Positions 44,509-54,107 of a stretch of DNA of 64,000 nucleotides are shown piece by piece; the stretch's first letter is position 1; every line of letters begins with the position of its first letter. A program made the translations under genes and the position numbers. The stretch is from contig JBBQXJ010000001.1 in assembly GCA_038209745.1 (NCBI GenBank), positions 103,358 to 167,357 on the forward strand, given 5' to 3'. Source of the DNA: Verrucomicrobiota bacterium (GTDB lineage Bacteria > Verrucomicrobiota > Verrucomicrobiia > Limisphaerales > CANJSG01). The notes under the pieces are model-generated. The model was not told the DNA's origin and ran no database searches. It was given only the letters and a program-made list of their open reading frames with translations.

Positions 44509-47079
44509 ATGCCAACCAGCGCTCCCAGCACGGGCCGTCCGGAGCCGGAACATCCGGCGTTTCTGCGCGGCTACCGGCCTTCATCCAATGTCCATGACGA
44601 ACTCATGGATGGGGAAGGGCGGATGCGGCCGCACTACCAACGGGTCATCGACGACCTGAGGAAGCTCGGCACGGAGGAGTTCGACCGGCGCTGGGAAGCG
44701 GGCAAACGCCTTCTGCGGGAAAGCGGCGCCACCTACCACGTCTACGGGGATCCACTCGGCACCGAGCGTCCGTGGCAGCTGGATCCGATTCCCTACGTCA
44801 TCGCGGCGGCCGATTGGCAGTCGCTGGAGCGCGGGCTGGTCCAGCGGGCCCAACTGCTGAATCTCGTGCTCGCGGACTGCTACGGCCCGCAGCGGCTGAT
44901 CCGCTCCGGGAAACTGCCGTCGGCGGTGGTCTTCGGACAGAGGGGGTTTCTCCGTCCGTGCCATGGAATCAAGCCGGCCGGGGATGTCTTCCTGCACCTC
45001 TACGGTGTGGATCTGGCGAAGTCGCCGGATGGCCGGTGGTGGGCGCTCTCGGACCGGACGCAGAACCCGTCCGGCGCCGGCTACGCGCTGGAGAACCGGC
45101 TGGTCGTGTCGCGGATCCTGCCCGAGACGTTCCGCGAGGGCCACGTCCAGCGGCTGGCGGGCTTCTACCGGAGCCTGCAGCTGGGCTTCGCCGATCTTGG
45201 TTCCCGTCGCAACGACCAACCCCGGGTGGTGATCCTGTCGCCCGGGCCGTTCAACGAGACGTATTTCGAGCACGCCTACCTGGCGCGCTATCTCGGCTAC
45301 ACGCTGGTGGAGGGCGAAGACCTCACGGTGCGAGACGACCGGGTCTACTTGAAGACCTTGAGCGGTCTGGAGCCGGTGGACGTGATCCTCCGCCGGGTCG
45401 ACGACGACTTCTGCGATCCGTTGGAGCTGCGGAACGAGTCCATGCTGGGAGTTCCGGGGCTGGTCCAGGCGCTGCGGGCGGGAAACGTGGTGGTGGCCAA
45501 CGCGCTGGGCAGCGGGCTGGTCCAGACTCCGGCGCTGATGTCCTTCTTGCCGAGCTTGTGCCGGGAACTGCTCGGGGAAGAGCTGCGGTTGCCATCGGTC
45601 GCGACCTGGTGGTGCGGGCAGCGGGCTGCGCGGGACCACGTGGAGGCCGATCTGGACAATCTGATCGTCAAGCCGATCGCGCCGATGCCCGGATTCGAGC
45701 CGACGCTCGGCGAAGGGTTGTCGGACCCGCAGCGTTCCGAACTGATCGCCCGCGTCCGCTTCCAGCCGCATCTCTTCGTCGCGCAGGAAGCCGTGACCCT
45801 GTCGACCGCGCCGTCGTGGAACGGGCGCCAGCTGGTGCCGATGCCGGTGGTGACCCGGGCCTTTCTGGTCGCGTCCAAGGGTTCCTACCGGTTGATGCCG
45901 GGAGGGCTGACGCGGGTCGCATCGGACGCGACATCTCCGAAGATTTCCATGCAGCGGGGCGGGGTGAGCAAGGACACGTGGGTGTTGACCGACGGGCCGG
46001 TCGAATCGATCACCCTCCTGCAAGGCGCCGGCGGCCGGGGCGAGCTGCAGCGGATCGGCCACAACCTCCCGAGCCGCATCGCGAGCAGCCTGTTCTGGAT
46101 GGGGCGCTACGTGGAACGGGCCGAGTCCACGGCGCGGATCGCGCGGGCGGCCGTGTTCCGCCTCACGGTGGAGTCCAGCGCCGAGGCGTCCCGGCTGGTC
46201 GGGCCCCTGTTGGCTCCCTTGATCCGGCTGGGCCAGATGAAAGCGCCCGACCGAAAAGCGACGGAAGCGGACTGGTATCTGCGGGCCGAGCGCGAGCTGT
46301 TGCGCGCCATTCTGCACCGGAACAACCCCGGCAGCCTGGGCGTCTGTGTCTCCCACATTGAAAGGATCGCCACCCTGCTCCGGGACCGGATGTCGCTCGA
46401 TGTCTGGCGCGTGCTGGGAAATCTGGACGAGCCCTTCACGACCTGCACCGGCCAAGGCCGGGTGGAACTCACGGAGGTCCTGGAGCTGTTGAACAAGGTC
46501 ATCCTCGGTCTCGCCGGATTCCGCGGGCTCGCGATGGACAACATGACCCGCGCGCAGGGTTGGAGGTTCCTCGACATGGGCCTGAGGATCGAGCGTGCGG
46601 TCTACCTCTGCGAAACCCTGCTGGGCGCGCTCGCCGCTCCGGACCCGGACGACACCAGCCTGCTCGACGCCTTGCTGGAAATCGGCGACAGCTCGCTGAC
46701 CTATCGATCCCGCTACAACCTGGTCCCGCAAATCGCGGCCGTGTTCGACCTGCTCCTGCTCGACGAGCTGAACCCGCGTTCGCTCCTCTACCAGCTGCGC
46801 ACGCTCCAGGAGCACCTCGACCGGCTCCCGGGCGAGCGCAACGGAGCCCCGGTTTCACCCCGGCAAAGCCTCCTCCTCGAATGCTTGTCGTCCCTCCGCA
46901 GGGTCGATCCCCGGGAACTCTCCGTCCCGGGTGTCGCCCCGCTGGAGACCCGCCTGGCGGAGGTGCTGCGGTTGACGCTCGTCAACCTGCCGGCGCTGTC
47001 CGAGGAACTGGCCCAGGCCTACTTCGCCCATGCGACCATGAGCCGGCCGGACGACCCTGCCGAACCGGCCGAAGGTTGA
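44509..47079 (+). CDS. Circularly permuted type 2 ATP-grasp protein fused to an alpha-E domain
   Basis: 'DRTQNPSGAGYALENR', 'PGPFNETYFEHAYLARYLG', 'RRVDDDFCDPLEL', 'GGVSKDTWV'; alpha-E 'LFWMGRYVERAE' and 'FLDMGLRIERA'. Confidence 0.93.
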   Translation: MPTSAPSTGRPEPEHPAFLRGYRPSSNVHDELMDGEGRMRPHYQRVIDDLRKLGTEEFDRRWEAGKRLLRESGATYHVYGDPLGTERPWQLDPIPYVIAAADWQSLERGLVQRAQLLNLVLADCYGPQRLIRSGKLPSAVVFGQRGFLRPCHGIKPAGDVFLHLYGVDLAKSPDGRWWALSDRTQNPSGAGYALENRLVVSRILPETFREGHVQRLAGFYRSLQLGFADLGSRRNDQPRVVILSPGPFNETYFEHAYLARYLGYTLVEGEDLTVRDDRVYLKTLSGLEPVDVILRRVDDDFCDPLELRNESMLGVPGLVQALRAGNVVVANALGSGLVQTPALMSFLPSLCRELLGEELRLPSVATWWCGQRAARDHVEADLDNLIVKPIAPMPGFEPTLGEGLSDPQRSELIARVRFQPHLFVAQEAVTLSTAPSWNGRQLVPMPVVTRAFLVASKGSYRLMPGGLTRVASDATSPKISMQRGGVSKDTWVLTDGPVESITLLQGAGGRGELQRIGHNLPSRIASSLFWMGRYVERAESTARIARAAVFRLTVESSAEASRLVGPLLAPLIRLGQMKAPDRKATEADWYLRAERELLRAILHRNNPGSLGVCVSHIERIATLLRDRMSLDVWRVLGNLDEPFTTCTGQGRVELTEVLELLNKVILGLAGFRGLAMDNMTRAQGWRFLDMGLRIERAVYLCETLLGALAAPDPDDTSLLDALLEIGDSSLTYRSRYNLVPQIAAVFDLLLLDELNPRSLLYQLRTLQEHLDRLPGERNGAPVSPRQSLLLECLSSLRRVDPRELSVPGVAPLETRLAEVLRLTLVNLPALSEELAQAYFAHATMSRPDDPAEPAEG

Positions 47080-47086
47080 TTTCCCC

Positions 47087-47962
47087 ATGATCTACGACCT
47101 CGTCCATCGCACCGTCTACGTCTACACGCAGCCGGTCTCGGTCTCGCACCATGCGGCGCGCCTGCACCCGCAGGTGCAGGGCGCGCAAGGCTGCGCCTCG
47201 TTCGATCTCCGCATCGTGCCCGAGCCGGCCGTGAGTTCGGCGCGGGACGACTATTTCGGGAACGCCGTGAACTTCTTCACGGTGCAACAGCCCCATCGCC
47301 GGCTGGAGATCACCGCCCGCAGCCGCGTCTCGACCAACCCGACGGCGCGGCCGGATCTGGAGCGCGGCCCTTTGTGGGACGAGGTGGCGGGACTCTTCGA
47401 GGAAAGCCCTCCGCCCGATCTGCTCGAGCCGCACCAGTTCACTTTCGGTTCGCCCATGGTGCGGCGAGGCCGGGAGTTCGCCGGATATGCGGCGGCGAGT
47501 TTCCCTGCGGGTCGACCGTTGCTCAAAGCGGTGGCCGATCTCAACGGCCGGATTCACCGTGATTTCAAGTTCGACCCGCGCGCCACCACCGTGACCACTC
47601 CGGTGGAGGATGTGATGCGGCTCCGGCGCGGGGTCTGCCAGGACTTCGCCCATCTGATGATTGCGTGCCTGCGCTCGCTGGCCCTGCCAGCCCGCTATGT
47701 CAGCGGCTATCTGCGGACCCGACCCAAAGCGGGCTCTCCCAGGCTGGTCGGAGCGGACATGTCCCACGCCTGGGTGGCCGTGTTCTGCCCGGCAGTCGGA
47801 TGGGTGGATTTTGATCCGACGAACAATCTGATCCCGGACGTGGAACACATTTCCGTGGCGGTGGGCCGCGACTATTCGGACGTGGCTCCCGTGGCGGGCA
47901 TCGTCATCGGCGGCGGACGCCACGCGATCAACGTGTCGGTGGACCTTCGAGTGGCCGAGTAG
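47087..47962 (+). CDS. Transglutaminase family protein (bacterial N-terminal domain plus core)
   Basis: 'GVCQDFAH', 'PARYVSGY', 'SHAWV', 'WVDFDPTN', 'GRDYSDVAPV'. Confidence 0.95.
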   Translation: MIYDLVHRTVYVYTQPVSVSHHAARLHPQVQGAQGCASFDLRIVPEPAVSSARDDYFGNAVNFFTVQQPHRRLEITARSRVSTNPTARPDLERGPLWDEVAGLFEESPPPDLLEPHQFTFGSPMVRRGREFAGYAAASFPAGRPLLKAVADLNGRIHRDFKFDPRATTVTTPVEDVMRLRRGVCQDFAHLMIACLRSLALPARYVSGYLRTRPKAGSPRLVGADMSHAWVAVFCPAVGWVDFDPTNNLIPDVEHISVAVGRDYSDVAPVAGIVIGGGRHAINVSVDLRVAE

Positions 47963-48120
47963 CGGCGGCCGGGATCGGGTCCCGGGTCGCCCACGTCACA
48001 GTGTTGAGTCGGAGAGTTCCACCGGCTGGGACAGAGCGGCACAATTCCGAGACCCCGTGAATCCAGGCCGGATGTCCCAAGTTCCCAGTTTCCAGATTCT
48101 TCCAACGGCGCGCCCAGGCG

Positions 48121-48137
48121 TGGCATCGCATCGGCTT
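48121..48137 (+). promoter_or_regulatory. Possible sigma-54 promoter for the hsp20 pair
   Basis: TGGCATCGCATCGGCTT has GG-N10-GC spacing about 30 nt upstream of ATG 48166; -12 box imperfect. Confidence 0.35.
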
Positions 48138-48165
48138 ATCAGATTGTCAGAAAGGGAACCTCTTT

Positions 48166-48624
48166 ATGACACTGCTACGTTGGAACAGACCACACTCGGC
48201 CACATGGCCTCTCTCAGAACTCAATCGCCTCCAGCAGGAGGTCGCCCGCTTCTTCGAAGCCCCGGGATTGCGCGGCGCCAAGCTGCCCTCCGATCAATGG
48301 GCGCCGGCCGTGGATCTCACGGAGAATGCCGATCAATTCGTCCTCAAGGCCGAACTACCGGGATTGAAGAAGGAAGACATCCAGATCTCGCTCCATGACG
48401 GCGTGCTCACGCTGACGGGCGAGCGGCGATCCCCAACCTCCGACGCCGACGCCACATTGATCCGGTCGGAGCGGTTCACCGGACGCTTTGAACGTTCCGT
48501 CGTCCTGCCCAAACCCGTCGCGGGCGAAAAGGTCCGCGCCGGCTACGAGGAAGGCATCCTGACCGTCACCCTGCCAAAAGCCGAAGAGGCCAAACCGAGG
48601 CAGATCCCGATCGGAACCAAGTGA
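48166..48624 (+). CDS. Hsp20/alpha-crystallin small heat-shock protein
   Basis: 'WAPAVDL', 'AELPGLKKEDI', 'ERFTGRFERSV', 'EGILTVTLPK'. Confidence 0.95.
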   Translation: MTLLRWNRPHSATWPLSELNRLQQEVARFFEAPGLRGAKLPSDQWAPAVDLTENADQFVLKAELPGLKKEDIQISLHDGVLTLTGERRSPTSDADATLIRSERFTGRFERSVVLPKPVAGEKVRAGYEEGILTVTLPKAEEAKPRQIPIGTK

Positions 48625-48655
48625 CCGGAACCTCTCCATGAGAAAGGAACACACC

Positions 48656-49036
48656 ATGAACACATCGACCCAGAATCCCGCAGCCGTCGCGGCTCCCACC
48701 GGCAACGATCCGGAGTTCTTCGTCCGCCCGGACGTGGACATCTACGATTCATCGCTGGCCTACGTGATCCACGCGGAAATGCCGGGAGTGGACCGGCAAC
48801 GCCTCGAAGTCACCATCGACGAGGATCGGCTGACCATCACCGGACGGAAGGCGCAGGCCCCCGAGGCCACGCCGTGTCCGCCCCACGAAATGCCCGTCGC
48901 CAGCTTTCGGCGCGTCTTCCAGATCTCTCCGGAGATCGACCGGGAGCGCATCACGGCAAAGGTCGAGCAGGGCGTCGTGACCGTCACACTCGCCAAGGTC
49001 CGCCGGCCGGAGCCGCGACGGATCGAGGTGTCCTGA
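48656..49036 (+). CDS. Hsp20/alpha-crystallin small heat-shock protein
   Basis: 'RPDVDIY', 'AEMPGV', 'FRRVF', 'QGVVTVTL'; AAGGA RBS upstream. Confidence 0.92.
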   Translation: MNTSTQNPAAVAAPTGNDPEFFVRPDVDIYDSSLAYVIHAEMPGVDRQRLEVTIDEDRLTITGRKAQAPEATPCPPHEMPVASFRRVFQISPEIDRERITAKVEQGVVTVTLAKVRRPEPRRIEVS

Positions 49037-49058
49037 TCCGGTCGAGGCGGTCGCCCGG

Positions 49059-49100
49059 AAAAACAGACGCCCGCGGTTCGCCGCGGGCGTTCCCGTTTTA
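49059..49100. terminator. Probable bidirectional terminator
   Basis: ACGCCCGCGG-TTCG-CCGCGGGCGT hairpin with A-tract and T-tract flanks, between convergent genes. Confidence 0.7.
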
Positions 49101-52100
49101 CGGAAGAGACGGGGCGGGAGGTTCCGGCTCGGGGGTCGCCGGTTCCGGCACGGCGATGGTGAAGGTCGTGCCTTCGTTCAAGGCCGTTTCCACCGCCAGT
49201 CCGAATCCATTCTCGACGGCCGTGCGGTAGACCATCGACAGCCCAAGCCCGGTGCCCCGCTTCTGGGACAGGGATTTCGTGGTGAAGAACGGCTCGAAGA
49301 CCCGCGGCAACACCTCGGCGGGAATACCGCAGCCGAAGTCCCGCACGGCGACCGTCAGATAGGTGGCGGCGGGCGCGGGCGCCAGGACCGAGTGCGCGGG
49401 CGGCTTGTGGGACAATCCCACCCGGATGACCAGCTGGCCGGATCCGTTCATCGCGTCGGCCGCGTTGAGAACGATGTTCAAGAGCATCTGCTGGAGCTGC
49501 GACTTGGCGCAGACGATCTCCGGCAACCCGGGAGCGGGCTCGAACTCGACCTCGATCTGCTTGAGAAAGCCTTCGCCGAAGAGCTTCAGCGTGTCCTGGA
49601 CGACGTCGTTCAAGCTGCAGCGCACGAGGTCCCGCTCCGCCGTCGTGCTGAAACCCAGCAACGCCCGGACGATGTCGGCCCCTTGGTCGGCCACTTGGAC
49701 CAGCCGATCCGCGCGGGTGCGGATCTTGATCGTGTCCGAAGGGTTCTTTTGGATGATCTGCGCGGAGCCCTTGATGATGGAGAGGATGTTGTTGAAGTCG
49801 TGGGCCACGCCCGCCGCGAGGGTGCCGAGGGCGTTCATCTTCTGGCTGTGGAGCAATTGGTCGTTCGCCCGGGCCAGCTGCTCGGTCCGCACGTTCACCA
49901 GTTCCTCCACCTCGGCGTAGCTGTGGACCAGACGGCGATGACGGTTCCACGCCAGCACCGCGAAGAACCCCACCCCGACCACGCCCAGCGCGCCGATCGC
50001 CATCAGACGCGGATCCTCGAACCACGGCATGACGACGATGAAGCCGTAGCGGGCGGGGCGGGGATCGATGTTGCCGTTCCGATCCATGCACCGGACCTCG
50101 AACTGGTGTTCGCCGGAGGGCAGATTGAAGAGCGACACCACGGCCTCGGGGGTGAAATCCGACCAGGGTCCATCGTTCAGCCGGTGCGAGAAAAGGAGCC
50201 GGGAAGCGGGCGTGTAGCGCCAGCGGTCGAGGCCCTGGATCTTCGCCTCCATGGTCGAATTGCCGATCGACGACCGCTCGGTCTTCGGGGAGACGATGGC
50301 GGTCTCGGGCGGATCCGTGTCGTTCGCCGCCGAGTAGCAAACGAGTCCGCGCAAGGTGCCGGCCCAAAGTTTGCCATCGGGCGTCTCCGCCAGGGAATAG
50401 ACCGTGTCGCCCGGCAGGCCCTCGTCGACGCCGTGCTGGATCCAATATCCATCGCGGAAGCGGAACAGCCCCGTGCTCGCGCCGACCCACATGGCCCCGT
50501 CGCTCGCCCGCAGGATGCAGTTCACCCGCTCCAATCCGGTCAGGAGCACCCGCCAGTCGCGCCCGTCGGTTTCCCAGAGCTTGTCCCCCGCGCCGCACCA
50601 GATGCGGCCTTCCGCCGTCTCGCCGAAACACGCTCCTTTCTCGGGCGCGTAGGCCGGCCCGGGCACGCTCCATTTCTGGCCGATCCACACGGCGACTCCG
50701 TTGGTTCCACCGACCCAGACCTCGCCGGCCCGTGAAGCAAATGCCACCTGCGGCTCGCCGATCCAGGCCGGTGTTTCGGAGAACTCCGGCGTCGCGAAGC
50801 CAGTCCCGTTGAACACCAGGATCCGGGCCGTCCCGGCCGACCACGAGCCGGTCAGGACGAAGGTCTCTCCTTCTCCGCGGGGACCCAGCAGATGGATCGG
50901 CCCCCGCCCACCGGGCACATTGAACGGCGACAGCGTGGACCGCGCCGTGTCGAGCCGCTCCACGCCCCCGTCCATGTCCAACAGCACATCGCCCCCGGGC
51001 ATCGGCCACATCTCGTCGCGTGGACTGAAGATCTTCGCGCCATTGGTGAAGGGATACGGTTTCCAACCGCTCCCGTCCCGCCGAAGCAGACCCGACGACT
51101 GGACGAACCAAAGAACCCCTTCCCGCCCGTTCGCCACCGCATGCGTCGCCAGCGGTCGCGCCTCGACCTGGACCGGCACACGCCACAAAGGCGGCGCATA
51201 GCGGAAGACCCCTTCCGGCGTGGCGAGCCAAAAGACGCCGTTTCCGCCACTGGAAGCATCGATCAGCCGGGCTTCCGGCGAATCGACCGGGACGAGGACC
51301 GAAGGATCGCGGAGCAGCATTCGGAAAAGGCCGGCGGCGTTGTAGACCCAAAGCGTTTCATCGGGCCCCGGCCAGGCCATCCGGACTGCCTCGCGCGAAT
51401 CGGGCAGCGACCGCCATTCCTGCCCGGACAGGATCAGAATCTTCCGGCTGGAGTCGCCCTCCGCTTCACCGAGGACGACGACGGAGCCGTCGTCCCCCTC
51501 TTGCGGGCGCTGGAGATTCAGCCCTTTGCCCCAGTCGGGCAGGACGAATTCCTCCCAGAGGCTCGCCGGTCGAACATCGCCCAACGGTCCGGCGATCCGG
51601 GCGATGCCCCGGCTGCCGGCGATGATCACGCCACCATCCCGCGCGGCGATGATCTCGTTGAAGCGGCCGATCGCCATCTCCTCGCTGCGGCGCAGCACCG
51701 TCATCCGGCGCGCGTCCGCCTCGTAGAGGATGAGCCTGTCCGAGAGGAGCACGAGGACCCGGTCCCGGATCACGGGCAAGATCGTGGAGAAGCGCAGCCG
51801 CCGCAGCAGGTTCGTCTGGAGCTCCGCGCGGATCTCCGCCACCGGGTAGACCGTCCATTGCCCTTGGACAAACGACTGCAACCCCCGCTCGTGGAGCGCC
51901 CACATCTGACCGAAACGATCCTCATGCACCCGGAAGTCGCCCGAAGGCGGAGGGAGATTCGTGACCGAGTAGCCATCGATCCGGCTGAGTCCGCCATTTC
52001 CGTGCCGCACCAGGACCACGCCGCGAGGATTCACCGTGAGCAGCGTGCAGAACGCCTCCCCCAAACCGTCCGCCGGACGGAACTCCCGCCACGGCGTGAC

Positions 52101-52172
52101 CCGCTGCTGCCCCGATGCCAGCCATGGCAGCAGGCAGGCGAACAGGACAAGGAGTGGAAACCGGGTGCGCAT
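49098..52172 (-). CDS. Sensor histidine kinase with periplasmic beta-propeller / Y_Y_Y-type domain
   Basis: Signal peptide; propeller repeats; TM; H-box 'AAGVAHDFNNIL'; 'LNAADAM', 'DFGCGI', 'GTGLGLS'. Confidence 0.92.
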   Translation of the reverse strand: MRTRFPLLVLFACLLPWLASGQQRVTPWREFRPADGLGEAFCTLLTVNPRGVVLVRHGNGGLSRIDGYSVTNLPPPSGDFRVHEDRFGQMWALHERGLQSFVQGQWTVYPVAEIRAELQTNLLRRLRFSTILPVIRDRVLVLLSDRLILYEADARRMTVLRRSEEMAIGRFNEIIAARDGGVIIAGSRGIARIAGPLGDVRPASLWEEFVLPDWGKGLNLQRPQEGDDGSVVVLGEAEGDSSRKILILSGQEWRSLPDSREAVRMAWPGPDETLWVYNAAGLFRMLLRDPSVLVPVDSPEARLIDASSGGNGVFWLATPEGVFRYAPPLWRVPVQVEARPLATHAVANGREGVLWFVQSSGLLRRDGSGWKPYPFTNGAKIFSPRDEMWPMPGGDVLLDMDGGVERLDTARSTLSPFNVPGGRGPIHLLGPRGEGETFVLTGSWSAGTARILVFNGTGFATPEFSETPAWIGEPQVAFASRAGEVWVGGTNGVAVWIGQKWSVPGPAYAPEKGACFGETAEGRIWCGAGDKLWETDGRDWRVLLTGLERVNCILRASDGAMWVGASTGLFRFRDGYWIQHGVDEGLPGDTVYSLAETPDGKLWAGTLRGLVCYSAANDTDPPETAIVSPKTERSSIGNSTMEAKIQGLDRWRYTPASRLLFSHRLNDGPWSDFTPEAVVSLFNLPSGEHQFEVRCMDRNGNIDPRPARYGFIVVMPWFEDPRLMAIGALGVVGVGFFAVLAWNRHRRLVHSYAEVEELVNVRTEQLARANDQLLHSQKMNALGTLAAGVAHDFNNILSIIKGSAQIIQKNPSDTIKIRTRADRLVQVADQGADIVRALLGFSTTAERDLVRCSLNDVVQDTLKLFGEGFLKQIEVEFEPAPGLPEIVCAKSQLQQMLLNIVLNAADAMNGSGQLVIRVGLSHKPPAHSVLAPAPAATYLTVAVRDFGCGIPAEVLPRVFEPFFTTKSLSQKRGTGLGLSMVYRTAVENGFGLAVETALNEGTTFTIAVPEPATPEPEPPAPSLP

Positions 52173-52295
52173 GCGTCGAGGCCCCACGGTTTCCCAGCCG
52201 AGCGACGACCGCAAGCCGCCTCGAGGAAATCTCCGGCGGGCAAGAAATCGAGCCGCTCCGTTTGCAAAGGTTCCGCGCCCATTTATTGTCCGTCC

Positions 52296-54011
52296 ATGGC
52301 CGAGCAAAAGAAGAAGTCGGCGATCCGTCCGGAACCGGTCGCAAGCCCCAAGGAAGACGTTTCAGCCCCGCCCCCGCCTCCCCCGTTGCAGGACCTGCTC
52401 ACCCACGAGGAACTGGACCAGTTGTCCACGCTCCAGCTCGTGGACCTCATCGCCGGCAAGCTCCCGCCGCGACACACCTCCATCCTGGACCTGATCTACC
52501 TCCGAGACCGCATCCAGGAGACGGAGGAGATCAACGAACACGCGCGCCAAGCCATCGAAAAGCTCGACACCATCGTGGAGAAGCTCCGTTCGCCCGCCTT
52601 CCGCGTCGGCACCTTTCTGATGGCGGTTGAACCCGACAAAGCCCATGTGAACGTCGGCGGTTCGGACTACGTCTGCCGCGTCGATCCGGACATCGCCCTG
52701 AACAGCCTCCAACCCGGTCAACGCGTGCTTTGCAACGAAGCCTTCGCCGTGGTGCAGGGCCTTGGCTTCGAGACCAACGGTCCCATCGCACGGATCGACG
52801 AGCTCCTGTCCGAAGGCCGTATCCGCATCGGCCAAGAATCGGGCATGGCGCCGCTGGTCGTGCAGCGGTCGGCGCTGCTGATGAAGGAGAAGCTGAAGCC
52901 CGGCATGGAGATCCGCCTCGATCCCAGCCAGAAGGTCGCGCTCGAAGTCATCGGAGTCGGCAAACGCATCGAACGTTCCCTGGAGAAGGTCAGTGATCTG
53001 CCATGGGCGGAGGTCGGCGGGCAGGCCGCCGCCGTGAAGGCCATCCGCGAAACCATCGAGCGGCCGATGCTGCACAAGGAACTCTTCGCCAAATTCCAGC
53101 ACCATGTGCCGAAAGGATTCCTGCTCTACGGTCCGCCCGGCTGCGGCAAGACGCTGCTCGGAAAGGCCACCGCCTACAATCTCCGCCAGCAGCTCCAGGC
53201 CCAGACCGGCGTCGATCACCCCGAGTTCTTCCTCCATGTGAAGGGTCCGGAGATCCTGAACATGTGGGTCGGCGAATCCGAGCGGCAGGTGCGCGATCTC
53301 TTCGCCCAATGCCGCGAACGGGCCGCCGACGGCGCGCGGGCCTTCCTCTTCATCGACGAGGCCGAGTCCATTCTCGGCACCCGCCGCGCCGGTCGCCACA
53401 GCAGCATTCTCAGCACCTTGGTCCCGATGTTCTGCACGGAGATGGACGGCATCGAGCCGCTGCAAAACGTGGTCGTCATCCTCGCCTCGAACCGCGCCGA
53501 TCTGATCGATCCCGCCATCCTTCGCCCCGGCCGCATCGACCGGAAGATCAAGGTCAGTCGCCCCGACAAAGCCGGTGCGGAACAGATCTATCGCATCTAT
53601 CTGAAGGAAACGTTGCCGCTGGCCGAACCCGCCGAAGCCCTGGCCAAGGCCGTCACCGAGGCGCACTACGCCAAGACGCCGGAGAACCAGTTCCTCGAAG
53701 TCGCCTACCGCAGCGGCAGGAAGGACTTCCTTTATCGCGGCGACATGGCCAGCGGCGCGATCATCGCGGCCATCGTAGAACGCGCGAAGAGCTTCGCCAT
53801 CGGGCGCGCCATCGATTCGGGCACCGACTCCACCATCAACCGCGACGACCTGCTCCTCGCCCTGGTCAAGGAATACGAGGAGAACGACCTCTTCCCGCCG
53901 ACCGACCTCACCGAGGACTGGCTCAAGCTGACCGACTTCGATCCCGACAACGTCATCCGTCTCGGCCCCGTCCGCCCGCGCAAGAGCGAAGCGAGTAGCG
54001 GGGTGATCTGA
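52296..54011 (+). CDS. arc: Proteasome-associated AAA ATPase, ARC/Mpa-like
   Basis: Coiled coil and tandem OB-like region; 'GPPGCGKT', 'VKGPEILNMWVGESERQVR', 'FIDEAES', 'ASNRADLIDPAILRPGRIDRKI', 'FLEVAYRSG'. Confidence 0.88.
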   Translation: MAEQKKKSAIRPEPVASPKEDVSAPPPPPPLQDLLTHEELDQLSTLQLVDLIAGKLPPRHTSILDLIYLRDRIQETEEINEHARQAIEKLDTIVEKLRSPAFRVGTFLMAVEPDKAHVNVGGSDYVCRVDPDIALNSLQPGQRVLCNEAFAVVQGLGFETNGPIARIDELLSEGRIRIGQESGMAPLVVQRSALLMKEKLKPGMEIRLDPSQKVALEVIGVGKRIERSLEKVSDLPWAEVGGQAAAVKAIRETIERPMLHKELFAKFQHHVPKGFLLYGPPGCGKTLLGKATAYNLRQQLQAQTGVDHPEFFLHVKGPEILNMWVGESERQVRDLFAQCRERAADGARAFLFIDEAESILGTRRAGRHSSILSTLVPMFCTEMDGIEPLQNVVVILASNRADLIDPAILRPGRIDRKIKVSRPDKAGAEQIYRIYLKETLPLAEPAEALAKAVTEAHYAKTPENQFLEVAYRSGRKDFLYRGDMASGAIIAAIVERAKSFAIGRAIDSGTDSTINRDDLLLALVKEYEENDLFPPTDLTEDWLKLTDFDPDNVIRLGPVRPRKSEASSGVI

Positions 54012-54092
54012 GACACGAATTGCACGAATGAACACGAATTCAGGGAACAGTGTCTTCCCTCTCCTTTCCTGGAAATGCGTGCAATTCGTGTC
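54012..54092. repeat. Palindromic element, perfect 15-bp IR with CACGAAT tandem units
   Basis: GACACGAATTGCACG (54012-54026) / CGTGCAATTCGTGTC (54078-54092). Confidence 0.8.
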
Positions 54093-54107
54093 GCAAGTTT
54101 GGGTCTT

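Noticed and set aside
43000..44553. 517-aa - strand ORF
   Set aside because: Antisense to the epimerase gene and runs through MITE copy B
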